From a virus (Duplodnaviria; Caudoviricetes), in IMG/VR virus record IMGVR_UViG_3300030103_002567, positions 1-58,057 of that record: a stretch of DNA of 58,057 bases; one strand, written 5' to 3'. A program made the translations under genes and the position numbers. Position 1 is the first letter of the stretch. Every line of letters starts with the position of its first letter. Positions 17,783 to 26,500 of this stretch are shown here, piece by piece. A model generated the notes under the pieces. It searched no databases. It saw nothing but the letters and a program-made list of their open reading frames with translations, and was not told the origin of the DNA.

Positions 17783-18802
17783 ATGGAAATTAAAGTAAAA
17801 GACTTAGGAGTTGTAGAAGAAAAATCCTCTCAACAAATTGAAGAGGAGCTTTTGAAGAAACATGAAGACCAGCAACAACAGGAAGCCGAACCAGTTGTCA
17901 CTGTTCAAACTCCTGAGTTAAAAGAAGAAGATGTTCTTTCATATTTAGGAAAAAGATACGGCAAAGAGATAAACTCCTTTGATGAATTAAATTCTGAAAG
18001 GTCTAAAAGTGAAGAGTTGCCAGAGGATGTTGCTGCATACTACAAGTTCAAAAAAGAAACTGGCAGGGGTCTTGAAGACTTCGTGGAATACAGCAAAAAG
18101 GTAGAAGACATCCCTGAGGACGATTTACTGAAGAAGTATTATTTAGAGACCGAGGAGGGTCTAGATAATGAGGATGTGGATTTAATTATTTCTGATAGGT
18201 TTGATAATAGTCACGATACTTTAACAGACCATGAGAAAAAGAAAAGGAGCATAGATAAAAAAAGAGAATTAGCTAAGGCAAAGAAGTTTTTAGAGGATAA
18301 GAGGAATGAGTACTTCACTAAGCTTGAGTCAAGTGATGTGAGTCCTAAAACGGAAAAGCCTAGCGAACAGGATGAAATAGCGAATAACCTTCATAAAGAG
18401 TTCCTTAAAAGAACTGATGAAGTTTTCGGAAGCGATTTCAAAGGTTTTGATTTCAACGTCGATGAAAAATCATTCACTTATAGCCCTGGTGATACTAACG
18501 AGGTAAAAGAGCAGCAGTCATCTTTATCAAATTTCTTAGAAAGATATATTGGTAATGACGGCAAAATCAACGACCCCGCTGGCTATCACAAAGCCCTTTC
18601 AGTAGCGATGAACCCTGAGCGTTTCGCTAAGTTCTTCTACGAAAAAGGGAAAGCCGATGCAATTGAAACTGATGCAAAGAGAGCCAAGAACATTAATATG
18701 GAACCTCGGCAAGCTCCTAGCTTCAATCAAGGCAGCGGATTAAAGGTAAGGTCTGTTGGAAAACAGATTGGTAAAGGTTTAAAAATAAAAAGTATAAAAT
18801 AA
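17783..18802 (+). CDS. Putative capsid scaffolding protein
   Basis: Highly charged, helical; lies between the portal and the major capsid gene. Confidence 0.7.
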   Translation: MEIKVKDLGVVEEKSSQQIEEELLKKHEDQQQQEAEPVVTVQTPELKEEDVLSYLGKRYGKEINSFDELNSERSKSEELPEDVAAYYKFKKETGRGLEDFVEYSKKVEDIPEDDLLKKYYLETEEGLDNEDVDLIISDRFDNSHDTLTDHEKKKRSIDKKRELAKAKKFLEDKRNEYFTKLESSDVSPKTEKPSEQDEIANNLHKEFLKRTDEVFGSDFKGFDFNVDEKSFTYSPGDTNEVKEQQSSLSNFLERYIGNDGKINDPAGYHKALSVAMNPERFAKFFYEKGKADAIETDAKRAKNINMEPRQAPSFNQGSGLKVRSVGKQIGKGLKIKSIK

Positions 18803-18803
18803 C

Positions 18804-20210
18804 ATGGCAGGTTCATTATCTGCTGCTGGCGTTAACTTACAACCCAGTGGCGAAAGAGTTGCTCTAGCGAGTAACTATCTTACATCATCAGATTTCAACT
18901 TCTTGAATCAGTATTTACCTGATACATATGAAGCTGAATTCGAACGGTATGGCAACAGAACAGTTGCTGCATTTTTAAGAATGGTTGGTGCAGAGATGCC
19001 AACTAATTCTGATTTAATCAAGTGGTCAGAGCACAGCAGACTTCACCCGAAGTATGTTAGCTGTACAACTCCTGCAAATGCTGGTGACGCAGTTGCAACA
19101 TTCACAATTGCAGATACTGGCGTTACAGACGGAGCTATCAGAGTTGGACAAACAGTTATGATTTCTAGCAACACTGCTGGGTCAACTGCTTCCAACAAAG
19201 CGATTGTTACTGGCGTTTCAGCACTTAGCCCTTCTTCGGCAAATACAGTATCAGTTGCTTACTACGAGTCTGGAGGGCAAGCAATGGCTGCTGCTGAGGT
19301 TTGTACCATCTTCGTTTATGGTTCTGAGTTCGCAAAAGGTCAAACTGGAATGGTTGGAACTGTTGAGGCTGAGCCACAAATCTTTGATAACAGCCCAATT
19401 ATCCTAAAAGACAAGTACTCCGTTAACGGTTCTGACTTGGCCCAAGTAGGATGGATTGAGGTTTCTACTGAGAATGGCGCATCAGGATATCTATGGTATC
19501 TAAAATCAGAGCACGAAACTAGACTTCGTTTCGAAGACTACATGGAGACTGCAATGATTGAGGCTGTTCCTATGGAAAACTCTACTAACGCTGCTTTGGC
19601 GAAAGGGACTAAAGGTATCTTCCACGAAGTAGAAAGTAGAGGAAATGAGTGGAACGGTGGCAACCCAACTACTCTTTCTGACTTTGACACTATCATTCAG
19701 AGATTAGACAAGCAAGGTTCTATCGAGGAGAACGTGTTGTTCATCAACCGTCAGTTCTCTTTCGACATTGACGATATGCTTGCTGCTCAGAACTCTTATG
19801 GAGCAGGTGGTACTTCTTACGGATTGTTCGACAACGACGAGCAAATGGCATTGAATCTTGGATTCAGTGGGTTCCGTAGAGGGTATGACTTCTATAAGAC
19901 TGACTGGAAATACTTGAACGATGCTTCTATGAGAGGCGGCATCACTGCTGGTAAAGTTAACGGACTTCTTGTTCCTGCTGGCTCTACTACTGTGTATGAC
20001 CAAATCCTTGGTAAGAATGCTGTTCGTCCATTCCTTCACGTTAGATATCGCGCTTCTGAAGCAGAAGATAGACGATACAAAACTTGGATTACTGGCTCTG
20101 CTGGCGCTGCTGGCATGTCAAGTGACCTTGATGCGATGGAGGTACACTTCCTCTCTGAAAGAGCGGTATGTGTAATGGGAGCTAACAACTTCTTCATCTT
20201 CAAGGACTAA
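18804..20210 (+). CDS. Major capsid protein
   Basis: 468 aa after the scaffold; optimised codon use (GCT, TTC, AAC); strong terminator follows. Confidence 0.88.
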   Translation: MAGSLSAAGVNLQPSGERVALASNYLTSSDFNFLNQYLPDTYEAEFERYGNRTVAAFLRMVGAEMPTNSDLIKWSEHSRLHPKYVSCTTPANAGDAVATFTIADTGVTDGAIRVGQTVMISSNTAGSTASNKAIVTGVSALSPSSANTVSVAYYESGGQAMAAAEVCTIFVYGSEFAKGQTGMVGTVEAEPQIFDNSPIILKDKYSVNGSDLAQVGWIEVSTENGASGYLWYLKSEHETRLRFEDYMETAMIEAVPMENSTNAALAKGTKGIFHEVESRGNEWNGGNPTTLSDFDTIIQRLDKQGSIEENVLFINRQFSFDIDDMLAAQNSYGAGGTSYGLFDNDEQMALNLGFSGFRRGYDFYKTDWKYLNDASMRGGITAGKVNGLLVPAGSTTVYDQILGKNAVRPFLHVRYRASEAEDRRYKTWITGSAGAAGMSSDLDAMEVHFLSERAVCVMGANNFFIFKD

Positions 20211-20222
20211 TCCTTAACTAAT

Positions 20223-20248
20223 GCGGGGGCTTCGGCCCCTGCTTTTTT
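20223..20248 (+). terminator. Intrinsic terminator after the major capsid gene
   Basis: GCGGGGGC-TTCG-GCCCCTGC followed by T6. Confidence 0.9.
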
Positions 20249-20260
20249 AAATTAAATCAA

Positions 20261-21001
20261 ATGAAAAAAAATAAAGTTATAGAGGACAAGGTGTACGTCC
20301 TAAAATCAAAAGCAGCACCAATAAGCTTTATATTGTCTTCACGACATACTCACAGGTCTCCGTTACTACACTTTGACGGTAAAATAAATAGACCTTTAAG
20401 GTATTCTTCAAATCAAAAGAGCCCATTCGAGGACGAGCAGGATGGTAATGTTATTCTCGAGCCAATCATTTTTGAAGATGGCTTTCTAAGAGTTCCTTCT
20501 ACTAATCCTGTATTACAACAATTCATGTCTTTGCATCCAGGGAATGGTAGATTGTTTGAGGAAATAAATGAAGAGCAGGATGCTCAAGATGATGTGGAAG
20601 TATTAAACTTAGAACTCGATGCCATGGTTTCGGCAAGAGAGTTAGACATATCAACTATGGAGCGAGTGGCTAGAATCGCATTAGGTAGAAATGTTGACCT
20701 GATGACTAGTGCAGAGCTAAAGAGAGATATTCTTCTTTTTGCTAAGCAATACCCATCTGACTTCTTAGACACTATTAACGACCCAGTTCTTGAGCTTCAA
20801 GACAAGGTTGCTAAGATGTTTGAGCAGAAGCTACTTACTCTTAGAAATAAGAATAGAGATATTTATTTCAACCTATCTAATAACAAAAAGAAGCTTTTAA
20901 CTGTTCCTTATGGAGAGGAGCCTAATTCGGCTGCTTTATCCTTCTTCTTGACAGAGGATGGTGAAGAAACATTAAAAACTCTTTCAAGTAAGCTGAAATA
21001 A
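20261..21001 (+). CDS. Hypothetical protein after the capsid gene (probably virion-associated)
   Basis: 246 aa; position directly downstream of the major capsid gene. Confidence 0.75.
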   Translation: MKKNKVIEDKVYVLKSKAAPISFILSSRHTHRSPLLHFDGKINRPLRYSSNQKSPFEDEQDGNVILEPIIFEDGFLRVPSTNPVLQQFMSLHPGNGRLFEEINEEQDAQDDVEVLNLELDAMVSARELDISTMERVARIALGRNVDLMTSAELKRDILLFAKQYPSDFLDTINDPVLELQDKVAKMFEQKLLTLRNKNRDIYFNLSNNKKKLLTVPYGEEPNSAALSFFLTEDGEETLKTLSSKLK

Positions 21002-21039
21002 TTGTATATTTAAACGTATAGTTCATAATTTGTGTTTAG

Positions 21040-21062
21040 AGAGCCCTTCGGGGCTCTTTTTT
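21040..21062 (+). terminator. Intrinsic terminator
   Basis: AGAGCCC-TTCG-GGGCTCT followed by a T tract. Confidence 0.88.
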
Positions 21063-21070
21063 ATTTTGCT

Positions 21071-21078
21071 TATATTTG
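21071..21078 (+). promoter_or_regulatory. Bacteroidota sigma-A -7 box TATATTTG
   Basis: Exact TAnnTTTG just after a terminator and upstream of the duplicated gene pair. Confidence 0.65.
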
Positions 21079-21113
21079 CATAGTATTTTTTTAATTACCA
21101 TAAAACTTAAAAC

Positions 21114-21374
21114 ATGGAAAAATATCTTAAACTACCTGGAAACGGCAGGATAATCAAGGCTACTAATGTTACAAAAGTATTAGTATCAGGCGGAACTACT
21201 ATAGATGTTCATTATAGAGGTGGCGCGAAGGTTACAATAAATCACGGAGTCGACCCAACAGCTAATATTCTAAAGCTAGAGGATGCAATTTCAACAGCTC
21301 TTGCTAGTAAATGGAACGAAGTTCTACATACTATAGAATCATTACCAGTGGCCCCTACAGGAGCACTAGCCTAA
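21114..21374 (+). CDS. Small protein, paralog A of a tandem duplicate (86 aa)
   Basis: MEKYLKLP...VTINH...LEDAISTALASKWNEVLH...VAPTG. Confidence 0.8.
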   Translation: MEKYLKLPGNGRIIKATNVTKVLVSGGTTIDVHYRGGAKVTINHGVDPTANILKLEDAISTALASKWNEVLHTIESLPVAPTGALA

Positions 21375-21410
21375 CAAACAATATTTTTTTAATTACCATA
21401 AATTATCATC

Positions 21411-21668
21411 ATGGAAAAATATCTTAAACTACCTTCAATATCAAGGTTACTCTTAGTAAACGGAATTATCAAGATTGTTAGAAGTACTACCACTCTTGTT
21501 GTTACTTATGAGGATAGCTCGACTGTAACTATAACTCACGCCGCAGCAGCAGACCCTAGACCTAACATTTCAGAATTAGAGGCTGCAATTACAGAGGTTC
21601 TTGCAACTAAGTGGGATGAGATTGTTCATCCCGTTACACTAAGTGTTGCGCCAACGGGCATATCGTAA
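21411..21668 (+). CDS. Small protein, paralog B of a tandem duplicate (85 aa)
   Basis: MEKYLKLP...VTITH...LEAAITEVLATKWDEIVH...VAPTG. Confidence 0.8.
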   Translation: MEKYLKLPSISRLLLVNGIIKIVRSTTTLVVTYEDSSTVTITHAAAADPRPNISELEAAITEVLATKWDEIVHPVTLSVAPTGIS

Positions 21669-21691
21669 GACATTATTGTCAATCATTAATT

Positions 21692-21716
21692 AGGGGTCGG
21701 TTTCGACCCCTTTTTT
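21692..21716 (+). terminator. Intrinsic terminator
   Basis: AGGGGTCG-GTTT-CGACCCCT followed by a T tract. Confidence 0.88.
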
Positions 21717-21735
21717 ATTTTGTATCTTTAGCGTT

Positions 21736-22662
21736 ATGATTAACGAAGTTAGAGAGACTGTACTCGCTATAGCGAACAAAGAGAACTTTGGATACATTGC
21801 TCCAACCGACTTTAACAGATATGCAGTTAGTGCACAGCTGGACATTTTCACACAGCTGATGTATGACTACAATCATCAAGTCAACAAGCAAAATAAAAGG
21901 ACAGCCATACTTGCGGCATCAGTGGCATCAAATGATGACTTCGCTGATTTAGCTAAAAGGAAGTTGCAGGTCATTGAAAAGTTCTCTACGTCAAAGCCAC
22001 TGTTTGATGGTTCTTACATTTTAACAATGCCTAGTGATTCGTATTTCCTAAATAATCTTCTTCACTATGGCGCACCAACTTTTACAGGGACTGCCACAAC
22101 AGCATCTCTGTCTTTTAATCTAGAAGATACATCGGCAACGTTCACTTCAGCTGTTGAGGGGGCCCCGATATTAAATACTGCAACTAGGCAGTTTGGTTAT
22201 GTGACTAGATTTGTGGACGCAAACAACATAGAGGTGTCTATAAGTGGAATGTTTGCATTAGGCAACGCATACGAAATATATCCTACGTCAAGCACAGAGA
22301 TTGAGCATCAAGAAAAAAACAAGGTAAACAAGTTGCTGTCCTCTAATCTTACAGCACCATCCACGACATTCCCAGTGTTCACCATAAGTGACTTCGGGGT
22401 TACAGTATATCCAAACACTCTGGCAGCTACGGGTATTATAGTGGCTAATTATATTAGATATCCTAAAGACCCTAAGTGGACTTACGTAGGTAATAACTTC
22501 AACCAATCAGCTGCGGATTATCAGGACTTTGAACTTCCAGATTCAGAAATGCCATTGCTTATATATAAAATATTAGAGTATGCGGGCATTCAGATAAGAG
22601 AAAGTGAATTAGCTCAGTATGCGCTTGGACAAACAACTTTAGAAACTCAAGAAGATAGATAA
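21736..22662 (+). CDS. Putative tail ring/adaptor protein
   Basis: NKEN.GYI.P.DFN..A..AQ and NYIRYPKDPKW...DFELP motifs; first gene of the tail module. Confidence 0.65.
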   Translation: MINEVRETVLAIANKENFGYIAPTDFNRYAVSAQLDIFTQLMYDYNHQVNKQNKRTAILAASVASNDDFADLAKRKLQVIEKFSTSKPLFDGSYILTMPSDSYFLNNLLHYGAPTFTGTATTASLSFNLEDTSATFTSAVEGAPILNTATRQFGYVTRFVDANNIEVSISGMFALGNAYEIYPTSSTEIEHQEKNKVNKLLSSNLTAPSTTFPVFTISDFGVTVYPNTLAATGIIVANYIRYPKDPKWTYVGNNFNQSAADYQDFELPDSEMPLLIYKILEYAGIQIRESELAQYALGQTTLETQEDR

Positions 22663-23585
22663 TGTCATACTTATCAGCATATCAATACTACGAAAACTCA
22701 GGGAACGCTCCTGAAGGAGCCAACTGGGGCTCATACCAATATGTCTCATTAAAAGACATTGTCAACAATTTCATGTTGATGTACGTGGGCAATAACGAAT
22801 TGCTTGCAAACATACCAAGACAGAGAGTCTTGTTTCACGCCAAGAGAGCTATTCAAGAACTTAACTACGATGCTTTCAAAGAAATCAAAGCGCTAGAGCT
22901 TGACGTGTGTGAGAACTTAAGATTTGTTTTACCTCATGATTATGTGAACTGGGTTAGAATATCACTATTTAAAGATGGGGCGTTATTCCCATTGACCGAG
23001 AACATTCAGGCCAACGGAGCGAAAGCCTATCTGCAAGACAACAATTGCAATATACTTTTTGATGAAAGTGGCAATATCTTGGAGGCAGAGTCATCTGGGG
23101 TAGATTTGGCAAGAATAAATTCTACAGCTAAGACTTTATATCTAAATGAGTCTAGCCCTTTCCATAACACTATGGGGTGCTGTATTGATGGCTCTTGGTA
23201 TTTTGACTATACCGTAGGAGCTAGATATGGACTAAACGCTGAGACGGCAAATGCCAACCCTACATTCAGAATAGATAAAAAGGCTGGCGTTATAAACTTC
23301 TCATCTGACATGTCTGGGCAGACGTGCTTATTAGAATATGTATCTGACGGAATGGAAGGTGGAGATGATTCTTTGGTTACAGTCAATAAGTTGTTTGAAG
23401 AGTATGTATATGCTTATATTAAGTATTCGCTTTTAAACAACAGAACAAATATTCAGAGCTATGTTATTGTCATGGCTAAAAGAGATAAGTCAGCATTGCT
23501 TAGAAATGCTAAAATAAGAATGAGCAACATACACCCTGGCAGACTTCTTATGAGCCTGAGGGGGCAACATAAAACAATTAAATGA
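22662..23585 (+). CDS. Putative tail ring/adaptor protein 2
   Basis: AKRAIQELNYD, LPHDYVNWVRIS, LEYVSDG; TAATG-coupled; precedes the muzzle gene. Confidence 0.65.
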   Translation: MSYLSAYQYYENSGNAPEGANWGSYQYVSLKDIVNNFMLMYVGNNELLANIPRQRVLFHAKRAIQELNYDAFKEIKALELDVCENLRFVLPHDYVNWVRISLFKDGALFPLTENIQANGAKAYLQDNNCNILFDESGNILEAESSGVDLARINSTAKTLYLNESSPFHNTMGCCIDGSWYFDYTVGARYGLNAETANANPTFRIDKKAGVINFSSDMSGQTCLLEYVSDGMEGGDDSLVTVNKLFEEYVYAYIKYSLLNNRTNIQSYVIVMAKRDKSALLRNAKIRMSNIHPGRLLMSLRGQHKTIK

Positions 23586-26500
23586 AGCTAATTAGAAGTT
23601 TTGAGAAGGGCTACATGAACAAGTCCTTCAATAACAGGATACTACCTAAGGGTGAATACTCTGATGCCACTAACGTATCGGTATCTTCTGACGACCAGGC
23701 TATTGGTCTTGTGGAAGAGGCTGATGGCAATAAGAGACTTTCTGCTATTAGATTTAATGGTGTTCGAGCTTCATTGTTCGCAGAGTGTATAGGAGCGCTT
23801 ACCGACGATGCTGAGGAAACTATATACTGGTTTGTACATGACCCAGGAGGGGTGAATGCTGCAGGAGCCACTGCACCTGCTCTAGACTATATTGTTTCAT
23901 ACAACATGGTTGAGCTAAGACTAGTATATCATGTAGTCAGCGCTAGCGTTCTTAACTTCAGCCTGAAACATAGAATAAATGGCGTAGATAAGATTGACGA
24001 CTTACTGTTCTTTACGGATAACCTTAATCCACCCAGAAAGATTAACGTCAACAGGAACTACGCATTCCCTACGGGCTCTCCACTAGTAGATGTAATAACT
24101 CAAGACGATGTTAATGTTATTGTCAAGCCACCTGCCTGCGCTCCAGGCGTAGTGCCATTCGACAACGGGAGTGAAGAAAACTTTATGGAGGATAAGTTTT
24201 TATCCTTTGCATACAGGTATAGATATCAGGACGGAGAGTATAGTGCACTGTCAGCCTTTTCTGAAGTGGCTTTTGATGCTAGGAAGTTCGAATTAGAGGG
24301 AGGTAACTATGACAACCTAGGGATGCTCAACAAATACAACTCAGCTAGAGTCACCGTAGACACAGGCCCTTCTAGGGTTATTGGCTTTGACGTTGTATTT
24401 AAGTTAAGTGATTCAACGATTATAAATGTTATTGAGCGAGTAGATAAGAACAAGTCTCTTATCGCTGACAATGTAGACTACACTCTAACGTTTGACAATA
24501 GTAAAATATATACTGTCCTTCCAACAGGAGAAATAAACAGGATATTCGACAACGTTCCACTCACGGCTAAGGCTCAGACCATTATGGGCAACAGGCTTAT
24601 CTATGGCAACTACGAGGAGGGGAGAGACCTTGTGGATGTGGATGACCAGCCTATAAGTTTAGACTACAATGTAGAGTTAAATTCAGAGCAAGTAAACTCT
24701 GACGAGGTTGAGGGTGTGACATCATCATTCACTTACACCTCATTGGGTGGAGGCTCCTCCACGGCAACTGCTACATTCTCTATACCTTCAAGCAGATTGG
24801 TGTCTGGAACGGAGATGGCTTTTGAGATAGCCTACGAGGGAGACTCATTCGCAGGGACGGATGCGCCATCTTCAAATCACCCATCAAGCGTAATAAACTT
24901 CTCCTTTAAACTTCATAGAGACTTCTCCTCTGTAGCTGATTTAGTTCTTGCACCAGATGGGTTAAGTACTGCCACAGGTACGGGGTCTTCAGGGTCACAC
25001 CCAATCGTTGCGCCAATAGCTTCAGGCTCATGTGACAGTCCATTGGGAACAGACAGGTATAATTGTGATATAAGAAACAACAACCCAGCCACTCACACGC
25101 TGCAAGGGACGGGAACATCGGCTGTGAATCAACCACTCAAACTGGAGTACTCAGGGTCAGACCTTAAAATAACTATCCTAGCAGTTCAAAGACAGAACAT
25201 ATCCACTACTAATGTATCATATGAATACATGGATATAACTAGGGCTACGGTAGACCTATCTATAGGTCAGGCCTTCAGAAGTCTTCACAGCAATAGGGAT
25301 TATGACGTAGGGATTGTATACCTAGATGAATACAACAGGTCATCAACTGTTCTTATCAGTAGAGCGAACACCGTGTATATCCCGCCTGAAAACTCAATAA
25401 CAAAGAACACGCTGAAGGTAAACATACCTACAACTCAAAAGCCCCCCAAGTGGGCTAAGAGCTATAAGTTTTTTGTCAAGCCGTCGGGTGGGGCATATGA
25501 GACTATATACTCAAACATATTCTATCAGCATCCTGAGACAAAGATTAATTACTTCAAACTAGAGGGTAACAACCAAACAAAGATGGCTGATGATGAGACA
25601 TTAATAATAAAGGCTGATGCTTCAGGGCCTTTAGATGTTTTAGAAGAAGCCACTGTTATAGATATTGAGGCGCAAGAAAGAAACTTCTTGCAGGATGCAG
25701 GGCTAGCGGGAACTCAGTTTGGAGGATTATATATGGCTATGGACCCTGGAGGGTTTGACACATCTACATCAATAGAGGTCAAGACTCAGGGCACAATTAA
25801 AAAGTCTACAGATAAAAGAGGCGTAGTTAATGACAACTATGACATTCCTGGGTTTGACGATGTGGTAACAGGAAGTACTGTTTGGGAGTCAACTCCTTAT
25901 GTCAGATATCCATTATTTAACGTAACAGACTCTTCGGGCGCTCCTGCAGACCCTGTTCAGGTAGAAAATTTCAATGTGCCTCAAGGTGCTAGAGTAAGAA
26001 TAGAGTTTGAGTTTAGAAGAAAACAAAAAACTAGCAACAAGGGGTCTAAACTTTACAAATTCGATAGGGAGTTTGTATCTAATGACGACTACAATAACCT
26101 CTACGACTTCTGGGTGGGAGAGTCTATATCTAATTATATAGATGACCCAGCTCAGTTCGATACATCTTCAAACGTGCCAACTAGGGTGGAGTACTTTAAC
26201 ACGGTGGCTGATGTTGCTACTGTAGATAGCAGGACAACACTAGAGCCTAAGACATTTGCAACGCCAGGGGATGAAGAAGTTTTAAGTTATCATGGGTTTG
26301 GGTCTAACGTGTCTGGATTTAATATCACTAATATATTGGATGACTTGGAAAGAAGCGCAGACAAGAACCTGATTCAGTTCTATAGAGTTCCTGCGAGTAT
26401 CGCAACCAATGCTCCATCAGAGGATGTTTATTGGCTTGCCATGAGGTCAGGTGCTATGGGGTATGATGGCATTCGGGGGGGCAACAAGTCGGTAGCAAAG

